This document shows, in pieces, positions 16,833 to 25,478 of a stretch of DNA of 31,567 bases. The stretch's first letter is position 1. Each line of letters starts with the position of its first letter. Made by a program: the position numbers and the translations under genes. The stretch is from an uncultured Candidatus Saccharibacteria bacterium. GTDB lineage: Bacteria > Patescibacteriota > Minisyncoccia > Minisyncoccales > GBS-2. Location: NCBI GenBank assembly GCA_964530195.1, contig CAZGXQ010000030.1, positions 1 to 31,567 of the forward strand. The letters run 5' to 3'. The notes under the pieces were generated by a model. That model worked only from the letters and a program-made list of their open reading frames with translations, was not told where the DNA came from and searched no databases.

Positions 16833-18393
16833 AGTCAGGTGGAATTTGATAGTAACTGATTAAATATTCAATTAGTTCTTTGGCGATTAGAGTTGTAGAA
16901 ACTCCTGCAGCTTGGGCCCTGGGATTGTCTAATTTTACTAAAAAAATAAATTTTGGTTGAAAAGCAGGAATCCATCCAACAAAACTTTGCCAAGTTTTTT
17001 CTGAATAACCTTTCTTTTTAATTCCCAAACTTGAAAAAGGAATTTGAGAAGTTCCAGTTTTTCCTGCAATGAAATAACCTTGAATTTTAGCTCTTCTTCC
17101 ATATCCTTCTTCTACTACCCTTTGACACATTTGACTTAGCACAAAAGAGGTATCCTTTGAAATTACTCTCTTTTCTTCAAAAGCTTTTCCCTCTTCTAAC
17201 AACAAATGAGGTTTAACTAACATTCCTCCATTTGCAACAGCTGAAAGAGCTTTCATTACTTGAATTGGAGTTACCTCAATTCCTTGTCCAAAAGAAGCAG
17301 TTGCAAAATTGATTTCATAACCTTTTTTGAATTCCTTGTTTTCTGAGCAAATTTCAGGTAAATCAATTCCAGTTTTTTCAAAAATTCCAAAATTGGTTAA
17401 ATATTTAAGAAAAAGTTCATGTCCAAGCTGTTTTTCTGCAAAAACAGCACCGGTATTAATTGACCACATTAAAACCTCTGTCATGTTTTTTTTACCCCAA
17501 ACTCTATTTTCAAAATTTCTTATTGTCCATCCTCCAATTTTTACAAATCCCTCATCAATATAGGTTGTTTCAGGAGTAATTCTTTTCTCTTCCAAAGCTG
17601 CAGCCATTGTAATTATTTTAAAAATTGATCCAGGCTCAAAAGTTTTTTGAGTTGCTCCGTTTTTAAAGATTTCTAAATTTTCTTCTTCCCAGTATTTGTT
17701 TGGATCAAAGGTTGGAAAATTTGCTAAAGCCAATATTTCTCCATTTTTTGGATTCATTACAATTATTTGCCCCCCTTCAATTGCCAGCTTTTCTTTAGCT
17801 TCTTCCAAAAGTTTTTCTGCTTTAAATTGTAATCTGTAATCTAAAGTAAGGGTAATATCCTTTCCTTCTTTTAAAATATCATTGTAATATTGTTCTATTC
17901 CATACTGCCCCTCCCCTTCTTCATTTACAAACCCAACGACTTGAGCTGCTAATTTTTCATGAGGATAATATCTTATCTTTTCCTCTCCAATAAAAACTCC
18001 CTTAATGGGTAAGCTTCTTAGTTTAGTTACTTCTTCTTCGTTCAATTTCTTTTTTAGAACAAAGAAAGAACTATTTTTTTCTAGATTTTCTAAAATATAA
18101 TTTTTTTCTAAATTTAAAATTTCGCTTAATTTTTCAACCGCTTCTTTGTTTTCTTTAACCTGTTTTGGATTTACCAAAACAAAAAATGAGGTAATGTTTG
18201 TTGCTAATTCTTCACCACCTCTAAAAAAAATTTTTCCTCTTTCTATAAATTTATCAGCAAAATTGGCACGAAGTCCTTCTGAAAGAGCTTGATACATTTC
18301 TCCATTTATAATCTGAAGATTAAACAATCTCCAAATAATGAAAATCAATAAAACTAAAAAAAGAAAATTGACAAAGATTACTCTTTCTTTCAT
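16825..18393 (-). CDS. ftsI: class B penicillin-binding protein (FtsI/PBP2-type transpeptidase)
   Basis: N-terminal TM, RYYPHEKLAAQVVGFV, SxxK (EPGSIFK), SxN (WSINT), KTG (AGKTGT). Sits in the mraZ cluster. Confidence 0.9.
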   Translation of the reverse strand: MKERVIFVNFLFLVLLIFIIWRLFNLQIINGEMYQALSEGLRANFADKFIERGKIFFRGGEELATNITSFFVLVNPKQVKENKEAVEKLSEILNLEKNYILENLEKNSSFFVLKKKLNEEEVTKLRSLPIKGVFIGEEKIRYYPHEKLAAQVVGFVNEEGEGQYGIEQYYNDILKEGKDITLTLDYRLQFKAEKLLEEAKEKLAIEGGQIIVMNPKNGEILALANFPTFDPNKYWEEENLEIFKNGATQKTFEPGSIFKIITMAAALEEKRITPETTYIDEGFVKIGGWTIRNFENRVWGKKNMTEVLMWSINTGAVFAEKQLGHELFLKYLTNFGIFEKTGIDLPEICSENKEFKKGYEINFATASFGQGIEVTPIQVMKALSAVANGGMLVKPHLLLEEGKAFEEKRVISKDTSFVLSQMCQRVVEEGYGRRAKIQGYFIAGKTGTSQIPFSSLGIKKKGYSEKTWQSFVGWIPAFQPKFIFLVKLDNPRAQAAGVSTTLIAKELIEYLISYYQIPPDYE

Positions 18394-18734
18394 TTCTCCG
18401 TAACCAAAACTTCGCTTGAAAGCTCTAAGTATTTTATTTTATTTGGACTAATTTTTACAAATCCCTCTTTCGAAAAATAATTCTCTAATTGAGAAAAAGA
18501 ACTTATTTTACTAAAAGTTATTTCTAAAGTTTCAATTTCTTTCGAAAGTTTTTCAATTTCTACTTGATACTTTTGCTTGAAAGCACTTTCTTTCAATATC
18601 AAATAAACATTAATCAAGAGGAGAAAAAAGAGAGTTATAAAAAGTATAACTTGAAAAGCAAAGAACCTCTTAAGTGAAATTTTTGGAAATTTTGGTAAAG
18701 AAATTATTTTGAAAGAGAGTGATTGTACCTTCAT
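18390..18734 (-). CDS. FtsL-like cell division protein
   Basis: Short cytoplasmic N-terminus, one TM, then a coiled coil. Occupies the ftsL position between rsmH and ftsI with 4-nt overlaps. Confidence 0.65.
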   Translation of the reverse strand: MKVQSLSFKIISLPKFPKISLKRFFAFQVILFITLFFLLLINVYLILKESAFKQKYQVEIEKLSKEIETLEITFSKISSFSQLENYFSKEGFVKISPNKIKYLELSSEVLVTEK

Positions 18735-19606
18735 ATTTTTTCTCCAGCTCTTAATTTTGCTGATCTTGCGCTTGGGTTAAGTTTTATTTCAAGTTGAGAG
18801 GGAAAAATTGGCTTTTTTGTTAAAATTTTCATTTGTTTTCTCTTTTCACTTTCTTTAAAAAAATTTTTTACAATTTTATCCTCTAAAGAATGGAACGAAA
18901 TTACCACCAATCTTCCTCCTTTTTCTAAAATTTCTAACGCTTGGGGTAGGGCTTTTTGAAGATTTTCTAACTCGGCATTCACAGCAATTCTTAGGGCTTG
19001 AAATGTCTTGGTAGCAAAATGAATTTTTCTTCTTTGATACCAAATGGGTGTTGCTTTCTTTATGATTTCAACTAACTGAAATGTTGTTTCAATAGGTTTC
19101 CTTTTTCTCTCTTTTACAATCTCTTTTGCAATTTTTTTTGCAAATCTTTCTTCTCCATATTTTCTTAAAATTTCGCAAATTTCTTTTTCTGAAAGCTCAT
19201 TAACTAAATCTTTGGCAGTCTTCCCTTTTTGAGAGTAACTCATAATTAATGGTTCGTTCTTCAAAAAAGTAAAACCTCTTTTTGATTCTTTTAGATGCCA
19301 GCTTGAAAGTCCCAAGTCAAACAAAATTCCAGAAACTTTTTCGAATTTTTCTTTTTCAACAATTTCTTTCAAATTCGAATAAGAGTCGCAAACTAAGATT
19401 AATCTCTTCAATTCTTTAAATCTTTCCTTACAAATTTCAAACAATTTTTTATCTATTTCAATCCCCAAAACTTTCCCCTTTGGTCCATTTCTTTTTAAAA
19501 TCTCTATTGTGTGTCCCCCCTCTCCAAAGGTACAGTCTATAAAATTTTCATTTGATTTTGGATCTAAATATTCAATTACTTCATTTTTTAAAACTGAAAG
19601 GTGCAT
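18731..19606 (-). CDS. rsmH: 16S rRNA m4C1402 methyltransferase
   Basis: MHLSVL.NE, DCTFGEGGHT, FDLGLSS, FQALRIAVNAEL, VISFHSLED, NPSARSAKLR. Confidence 0.97.
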   Translation of the reverse strand: MHLSVLKNEVIEYLDPKSNENFIDCTFGEGGHTIEILKRNGPKGKVLGIEIDKKLFEICKERFKELKRLILVCDSYSNLKEIVEKEKFEKVSGILFDLGLSSWHLKESKRGFTFLKNEPLIMSYSQKGKTAKDLVNELSEKEICEILRKYGEERFAKKIAKEIVKERKRKPIETTFQLVEIIKKATPIWYQRRKIHFATKTFQALRIAVNAELENLQKALPQALEILEKGGRLVVISFHSLEDKIVKNFFKESEKRKQMKILTKKPIFPSQLEIKLNPSARSAKLRAGEKI

Positions 19607-19609
19607 TTT

Positions 19610-20041
19610 TTAAATTCCTAATTCTTTTAATTTTTCTGCGATATCTTTTGTAATTTCTTCGGTTTTCTTTTTATATTCCTTCCATCTTTCTTCGTCCCAA
19701 ATTTCAATTCGATTTGAAAGACCTAAAATTGCCACATTTTTTTTCAAAAAAGCATATGATTTAAGATAATCTGGAATCAAAATTCTTCCCAACTTATCGA
19801 AAGTGACATCCACCGCTCCAGAAAGAACAATTCTTACAAAACTTCTTGCTTCACTTGTGGAGGTTGGAAGATTTTCTAATTTTTTTGCCAACTTTTTCCA
19901 CTCATTTAATGGATACAACACCAAACAATTATCTATTCCTCTTGTTAAAACAGCCTTTTTTCCCAAAGCTTTTCTAAATTTTGCTGGAATTGCGAGTCGT
20001 TTTTTTTCGTCTATTGAATAAACATATTCTCCTATAAACAT
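19610..20041 (-). CDS. mraZ: division/cell wall cluster repressor MraZ (start moved to ATG 20041)
   Basis: MFIGEY..SIDEKKRLAIPAKFR ... DKLGRILIP ... GLSNRIEIWD. Confidence 0.96.
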   Translation of the reverse strand: MFIGEYVYSIDEKKRLAIPAKFRKALGKKAVLTRGIDNCLVLYPLNEWKKLAKKLENLPTSTSEARSFVRIVLSGAVDVTFDKLGRILIPDYLKSYAFLKKNVAILGLSNRIEIWDEERWKEYKKKTEEITKDIAEKLKELGI

Positions 20042-20066
20042 GATTTTCCACAAAAGATGATTATTA

Positions 20067-20129
20067 TCCCAAAGTTTTCCACAATTTCCCACTCAATTCC
20101 AAGATATCTTTTTTAAATTTAAAAGTCAA
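20067..20129 (-). promoter_or_regulatory. mraZ promoter and three MraZ-type direct repeats
   Basis: TTGACT (20129-24), 17 nt, TATCTT (20106-01). Downstream GTGGGA / GTGGAA / TTGGGA at exact 10-bp period (20092, 20082, 20072). Confidence 0.75.
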
Positions 20130-20198
20130 TAGAAAAAAATGATCCTCAAAATTTAATAGAAAAAAGCGATTTTTTCCACAAATAATCCACAGTCAAAT

Positions 20199-20221
20199 AA
20201 AAAAAAGCCACAAAAAGTGGC
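20199..20221 (-). terminator. intrinsic terminator after the Clp-like ATPase
   Basis: GCCAC-TTTTT-GTGGC followed by a long T run on the minus strand. Confidence 0.65.
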
Positions 20222-20242
20222 AAGTTTTTTAAAAGATATTTT

Positions 20243-22816
20243 TTATTTCTTAATTATTGAAAAAGTAGTTGGATCAATTTCAATTCTTTCTCCTCTTTTA
20301 ATCTCTTTTCTTAATATTGCCTCAGCTAAAAGATTGCTAATTTTGTTTTCAATTACTCTTTCCATTTGCCTTGCTCCAAATTCAGGGGTATAAGAAAGTT
20401 CAACTATCTTTTCTTTTAACTTCTGAGTGATGATGAATTCAATTTCTTTTGCTTTTAATTGTTTTTGAATTTTCTTTAATAAAAGTTCGGCAATATCTAA
20501 AAGATTTTCTTTTGTTAAGGGTTTGTATAAAACAACTGCATCAAATCTATTTAATAACTCTGGTCTGAAAATTCCTTCTTCGACAAAATAATTAATTAAC
20601 TCTTCTTTTACTTTTGCCCAATCTCTTTTTTCTTTCGCCGCCTTAAAAATAGTTTGATAACCGGCATTAGAAGTACAAATTATGATTGTGTTTTTAAAAT
20701 CTACTTTTCTTCCCAACCCATCTGTTAAATGCCCTTCATCAAATACTTGCAAGAACAAATTTAGAATTTGGGGATGAGCTTTTTCAAATTCATCCAATAA
20801 AACTAAAGAAAATGGTCTTTCCCTTACTGGTGTTGTTAAAATCCCTTCTTCTCCAGCAGAGCCTAATAATCGAGGTATATCTTGAACATTTTGGAATTCT
20901 GACATATCCAATCTAATCATTCTTTTTTCAGAACCAAAATAGATTTCAGCTAAAGCTTTAGCAGTTTCAGTTTTTCCCACCCCTGTTGGTCCCAAAAAAA
21001 GGAAAGCTCCAATTGGCCCCTTCCTTACTCTAATTTCTGTCCTAGCTCTTCTTAGAGCTGCGGAAATTTCTTTTATTGCATCCTCTTGATCAACAACTCT
21101 TTCATGTAAAAGTTTTTCTAAATTTAAAAGTTTTTCTCTTTCTCCTGCTTCAATTTCTCCTACTGGAATTTCGGTTCTTTCTGAAACAACTTTGGCAACA
21201 TGTCTTGGCAAAATTAGCTTTTCTCTTTTTTGGAGAGAATGGACAACAACCTCTTCTAACAAATCTAGTGCCTTTTCTGGAAAGGGAATAGCTGGAAGGT
21301 ATTTTTCGCAATAATAAAAGACATCTCTTAAAGCTGGATAGGAAATTAGAATTTTGTATTTTGTTTCAAGTTTTAAAGCAAATTTTTGTAAAAGTTTCAT
21401 TGTTTCTTCTCTTGTAATTTCAGAAACTTCAATTTTTTCAAAAAATGACAAAATTGACGGGTGCTGTTCTATATTTTTGTGAAGTCCTTCATAGGTTGTA
21501 ATTGCAATCAATCTAAAATCGGGGCGAGAAATGAAAGGAGCTAAAATTCCAGTAATGTCGATTGCTCCAGGTCTTACAATTTTTCCCTCCACATAATTGT
21601 GGAATTCATCAATTACCAAAATTACATTTTTTGCCAAAATTACTTCTCTGAAAATCGTATCCAAAGTTGATTCTACAGTTTCAATGCTTTCTAATTGCGA
21701 AAGTAAAGCTTGCATATTCAATTGAACTATTCGATGATAATTTACCTCCGGCAAGCTTTGCCCAAAAAAGCTTTTTTCTGCTAAAGCATAAATCATACTT
21801 TTTCTTCCAGTCCCAGCTTCCCCCACTATTAAAGGATCATTACAAGCTTCTCTTCTAGCTAAAATTCTTTCCATTTGTTCAATTTCCTTTTCATGCCCAA
21901 TAATTGTTGGATAGCCCATTTTTTGAACCTCTTTTGTTATGTCTATTGAAAATTTATCTAAAGTAATAGTGTATCCTGCGCTAAATTCTTTACCAATTGA
22001 CCCAAATTTTACTAAGTTCTTCCATTCCCACCACTCTCTTTTTTCTCTATCTTCTCTTTCTAATTCCTCAAGCCACCAAACTAAATTTCCAACATCCTCC
22101 AATTTTAAGTTGCTTTCGATTAAGATTTGTTTGAAAACTGGATCGTTTTCAGCCACTGATAAAAGCAAATCTCCAATTTCTATTTTTTGATGTTTTTTTT
22201 CGATTGCAATTTTTAAAGCATCTGAAATTGTTTTTTGAAAATTTGGAGGCAATATTTCAGTTTTGAAATAATTCTCCAAAATCTTTTTAATTTGTTTTTT
22301 GTCAAGAAGGAGTCTTAAAAATACAAAATTTAATTTTTGAGGAAAATCCAAAAGACAATAAAACAAAGTTGAAGAATTGAAAGGTATATTTTTTCGTCTT
22401 GAAAAATTTGAAGCCAAAATTATTACTTTCGCAGCCTCAAAGGATAAAAATTCAGCTAAGTTGTGTTGTCCAGAAACTTGTAAAATATCTTTAACTTCAA
22501 TTTTTGGAGGTAAATTTTTTAAATAATTAAAAAAATTGTCTAAGATCAAAAACAAAAACCAGATTGAAATGAAAATCAAAGAAAGTCCGAGAGTTTTGAT
22601 TTCTAACCCCTTTGGCAAAAATTGAATTTTTGATTTTAATTCAGGAGGAGAAAAAGAAAGAAAATAAATGAAAAACGAGATTACCAGAAAGAGAAAAAAA
22701 AGATTAAAAAGAATTTTTTTTAAAGTAGGGGTAAGCTTGAAAATTGGCAATTTTTCTAATTGAACAACTTCAAAAGTTGTTGTTTCTTTTATGTTAAAAT
22801 AAAAGTTTGAAGCCAT
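20243..22816 (-). CDS. membrane-anchored ClpA/B-like double AAA+ ATPase
   Basis: Two N-terminal hydrophobic helices; NBD1 GEAGTGRKS / LVIDEFH; NBD2 FLGPTGVGKTE / LLDEFEKAH, DGLGRKVDFKNTIII, FRPELLNRFD, FGARQM. Confidence 0.9.
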   Translation of the reverse strand: MASNFYFNIKETTTFEVVQLEKLPIFKLTPTLKKILFNLFFLFLVISFFIYFLSFSPPELKSKIQFLPKGLEIKTLGLSLIFISIWFLFLILDNFFNYLKNLPPKIEVKDILQVSGQHNLAEFLSFEAAKVIILASNFSRRKNIPFNSSTLFYCLLDFPQKLNFVFLRLLLDKKQIKKILENYFKTEILPPNFQKTISDALKIAIEKKHQKIEIGDLLLSVAENDPVFKQILIESNLKLEDVGNLVWWLEELEREDREKREWWEWKNLVKFGSIGKEFSAGYTITLDKFSIDITKEVQKMGYPTIIGHEKEIEQMERILARREACNDPLIVGEAGTGRKSMIYALAEKSFFGQSLPEVNYHRIVQLNMQALLSQLESIETVESTLDTIFREVILAKNVILVIDEFHNYVEGKIVRPGAIDITGILAPFISRPDFRLIAITTYEGLHKNIEQHPSILSFFEKIEVSEITREETMKLLQKFALKLETKYKILISYPALRDVFYYCEKYLPAIPFPEKALDLLEEVVVHSLQKREKLILPRHVAKVVSERTEIPVGEIEAGEREKLLNLEKLLHERVVDQEDAIKEISAALRRARTEIRVRKGPIGAFLFLGPTGVGKTETAKALAEIYFGSEKRMIRLDMSEFQNVQDIPRLLGSAGEEGILTTPVRERPFSLVLLDEFEKAHPQILNLFLQVFDEGHLTDGLGRKVDFKNTIIICTSNAGYQTIFKAAKEKRDWAKVKEELINYFVEEGIFRPELLNRFDAVVLYKPLTKENLLDIAELLLKKIQKQLKAKEIEFIITQKLKEKIVELSYTPEFGARQMERVIENKISNLLAEAILRKEIKRGERIEIDPTTFSIIKK

Positions 22817-23201
22817 AAAAAAAAGTTATAATGGAAATTAATGGCAAAAACAACCAAAAGATTAAAACCGTTGGTGCTAAAATTAAAACGAAAATTTCAA
22901 ACAGAAGACCAAATAAAATTACAAAAGTTCTTATAAAAGCACCAAGAGTTCTTGAAATTAAATTTGAAAAGCGAACCTCAAAAAACTGCCAAATGTCTAT
23001 TCCTCTTGAAGTATAAACCCAGCGGTAACCATGCCAATGGGAAAAATAGGTTTTTAAAAGTAAAGTGATAGAAAAAAAATAATTTCCAAATTTTAGAAGA
23101 TTTTTGAAAATCAAAAGAATTTTCTTTGGAATTTTAATAAAATACCAATCGTAAAACAAAAGCAAAAGGGATTTTCTTTTTACAGTTTCTAAAAATTCCA
23201 T
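22794..23201 (-). CDS. hypothetical membrane protein, 135 aa, coupled to the Clp-like ATPase
   Basis: Hydrophobic ORF with a C-terminal TM hairpin; overlaps the ATPase start by 23 nt. TGG-TATAAT (23216-23208) lies 6 nt before its ATG. Confidence 0.75.
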   Translation of the reverse strand: MEFLETVKRKSLLLLFYDWYFIKIPKKILLIFKNLLKFGNYFFSITLLLKTYFSHWHGYRWVYTSRGIDIWQFFEVRFSNLISRTLGAFIRTFVILFGLLFEIFVLILAPTVLIFWLFLPLISIITFFYGFKLLF

Positions 23202-23216
23202 ACTTTAATTATACCA

Positions 23217-23897
23217 TTATCTTTCCACCATTAAAAATCTGAATTTTTTAAATTGGTCGCGAAAAAATCTAAATTTTTTGAATTTTAATTTACTTAAAAT
23301 TTTTTCAATCTCCTCTTTTTGTAATGGATCAAATTCCATAAAGAGAAGCCCCTCCTTTTTTATATGATCTCTTGCTTCAGTTAAAAATCTCCTAATCCAA
23401 AAAAGCCCATCTTTGCCACCAAAAATTGCTCTTTTTGGTTCATAAAGCAAAACCGATTTTTGGACTTCATTTATTCTTTCTTTTGCTACATATGGAGGAT
23501 TAGCAAAAATAAAATCATATTTTTTGTTTTTGATTTTTTCAAATAAATTTGAAAGAAAAATCTTGTACCTTTTTTTTGGAATTTTATTTAACTTTAAGTT
23601 TATTTTAATTTGCTCTATTGCTTTTTTGTCTATATCAACAAAGTCAACAACACTATTTTCAATATTTTTTAAAATGGCAATTCCAATACACCCAGAACCC
23701 GAAAAGATATCTAAAAATTTTGGCTTTTTCAATTTACAACTTGCAATCTTCAATCTGCAATCTTTTATAGCTTTTTTTACCCAGAATTTCGTCTCCTCTC
23801 TTGGAATAAAGACTCTCTTTCTTAAATCAATTTTGCAACCTAAAAATTTAACTTCTCCCCTTTTGTATTCTTTTGGGAGCTTCTCTTTTAAAATCAT
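23217..23897 (-). CDS. prmC: HemK/PrmC release-factor glutamine methyltransferase lacking most of the N-terminal domain
   Basis: VFIPREET, FLDIFSGSGCIGI, FANPPY, LYEPKRAIFGGKDGL. Confidence 0.82.
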   Translation of the reverse strand: MILKEKLPKEYKRGEVKFLGCKIDLRKRVFIPREETKFWVKKAIKDCRLKIASCKLKKPKFLDIFSGSGCIGIAILKNIENSVVDFVDIDKKAIEQIKINLKLNKIPKKRYKIFLSNLFEKIKNKKYDFIFANPPYVAKERINEVQKSVLLYEPKRAIFGGKDGLFWIRRFLTEARDHIKKEGLLFMEFDPLQKEEIEKILSKLKFKKFRFFRDQFKKFRFLMVER

Positions 23898-24229
23898 TTT
23901 TTAATTAACTTTATTCCTATTTGAGAAATTTGACTTCCACCAAAAATGAAAATTCCAGCTAAAATCGATTGAGAAATTAAATTTAAAAGCTTAAAGAAAG
24001 TATCGATTGGCAATATTTCTTTTAACTCTTCTTCAATCATTTTTCTAACTTCATCTTTGCTTGTGGGGAATTTAGCTTTTGTTGAGGGTTCTGTTTTTTT
24101 AGCTTCAACTTTAAAAATTTCAGGAATTTTTTCTTTTCCAGTGAAGATGTTATAGGAAAAATATAGGGTCGAAAATATCATTATTAATCCAATAATTAGC
24201 AATATCCAACCAAAAATTTTTGTAGCCAT
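23894..24229 (-). CDS. hypothetical two-TM membrane protein
   Basis: Two hydrophobic segments flank a charged loop; ATGA overlap with prmC. Confidence 0.7.
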   Translation of the reverse strand: MATKIFGWILLIIGLIMIFSTLYFSYNIFTGKEKIPEIFKVEAKKTEPSTKAKFPTSKDEVRKMIEEELKEILPIDTFFKLLNLISQSILAGIFIFGGSQISQIGIKLIKK

Positions 24230-24244
24230 AAGGTTTTAAATTTT

Positions 24245-24562
24245 TTAGCGACCTTTTAGTTCGTTCAAAATGTATTCAGGGATTGGAGTTTTTCCTATAG
24301 GACTTTTTCCAGGATATTTCCAGACACTAATTATTTTTAATTTTTGATTTTCAATTTCATACATTACCCAAATCTCTTTTGGAGATTTTTTTGTTCCAGC
24401 AGTTTGCATTACAGCGATTGTTCCAGGAGCTATTCCCTCCTCTTTTCTTTCAGGTTTTTTTAAAACTCGCAAAACTCTTTTTTCTGAAAGCTGATATTGC
24501 TGTAATTTTTCTTTTGAATGTTTTGTCCACAAAATTTGATTCTGAGAAATTATAAGCTCCAT
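24245..24562 (-). CDS. DUF4258-like (RelE/BrnT-fold-like) small protein
   Basis: WTKHSKEKLQQYQLSEKRVLRVLKKP ... LKIISVW pattern. ATG 24562 is 1 nt after the upstream stop. Family call is tentative. Confidence 0.5.
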   Translation of the reverse strand: MELIISQNQILWTKHSKEKLQQYQLSEKRVLRVLKKPERKEEGIAPGTIAVMQTAGTKKSPKEIWVMYEIENQKLKIISVWKYPGKSPIGKTPIPEYILNELKGR

Positions 24563-24563
24563 T

Positions 24564-25226
24564 TTAGTCAAAAAGGTTAGAAATTAAATATCGATATTTT
24601 AGTCTATCCTTTCCCTTCCACACTTTATGAATTTTTTTGATCCACTCTTTTTTCCAAAAAGAAGGTTCAGGCAAAAATAAAAAACCATCTTTATATCCCA
24701 AGTATCGTGTTTTAAATTTTGAATGTAAAAACGCTAAAATTGCACAATAAAATGCCATTTTTTCATCTTCATTTTTAAAGCTAATCTTTTTTTCTTTTAA
24801 AATTTCTTCAATCTTTTTGAGGTTTAAAATTTTTTCTAAAAAAGTGGGGAAAACCTCAATTAAATTTGTGTCTAAAACAAAACCTCTTTTTTCTAATTTT
24901 CTTTTTAATTCAAAAGCAAAATCACAAAGTTGAGGCATTAAAGCAGGAGGAATAGGATTAATTTTATTTTGCCGAAATATTTTTTGTGACAAAAATTTTT
25001 CAAAAAGTCTCATTTTTCCCTTACCCCTTCCTTTAGTTAAGGGTGCATCAATTGCAATTACTTTTATTGATTTTAAGTAAGGGGAGATTTTTTTAAGCAA
25101 CTCTTTCCCAAAAATTTTATCTTTAAAATAGATTTTTATCCCATCATCTTCTTTTAGAATACAAATTCCGGTTGTTTTGTTTTCTCTACCCCCCAGATCA
25201 ATTCCCAAAAATAAATTCTCTTTCAT
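24564..25226 (-). CDS. DUF429-family RNase H-like putative nuclease
   Basis: FLGIDLGG, VIAIDAPL, IEVFPT motifs. Confidence 0.72.
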   Translation of the reverse strand: MKENLFLGIDLGGRENKTTGICILKEDDGIKIYFKDKIFGKELLKKISPYLKSIKVIAIDAPLTKGRGKGKMRLFEKFLSQKIFRQNKINPIPPALMPQLCDFAFELKRKLEKRGFVLDTNLIEVFPTFLEKILNLKKIEEILKEKKISFKNEDEKMAFYCAILAFLHSKFKTRYLGYKDGFLFLPEPSFWKKEWIKKIHKVWKGKDRLKYRYLISNLFD

Positions 25227-25462
25227 TTTACTCCAGGAGAGGAAACAATTAGATAGTAACTCTCTTTAATAGGATCTTCCTTGTCTAAAATTGGTTCTAT
25301 TGCTCTCGATACTTTTGCACAATCTTCAACGCTTACCCCTCCCTTTTTATCAATTGTAATCACCAATTCTGTTTTCTTTCCTTTTTTTTGAATTTCAAAA
25401 GATACAAGCGAATATCCCATTTTTTCTATCTTTTTTTTGATTAATTTTTCAACTTTTTCCAT
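25223..25462 (-). CDS. rimP: ribosome maturation factor RimP, N-terminal domain only (79 aa)
   Basis: LVITIDKKGGVSVEDCAKVSRAI..ILD.EDPI...Y.LIVSSPG, then stop. TGG-TATAAT lies 7 nt before ATG 25462. Confidence 0.85.
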   Translation of the reverse strand: MEKVEKLIKKKIEKMGYSLVSFEIQKKGKKTELVITIDKKGGVSVEDCAKVSRAIEPILDKEDPIKESYYLIVSSPGVK

Positions 25463-25478
25463 CAAACAAATTATACCA

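Noticed and set aside
20042-20092. 17-aa N-terminal extension of MraZ from GTG 20092
   Set aside because: That GTG is the first MraZ operator repeat; MraZ conventionally starts MFxGEY at 20041.
20044-20242. Intergenic DnaA-like boxes as oriC
   Set aside because: Only about 200 bp, fully explained by a terminator, promoter and operator; no dnaA/dnaN nearby and no clear unwinding-element repeats. Kept only as a regulatory hypothesis.
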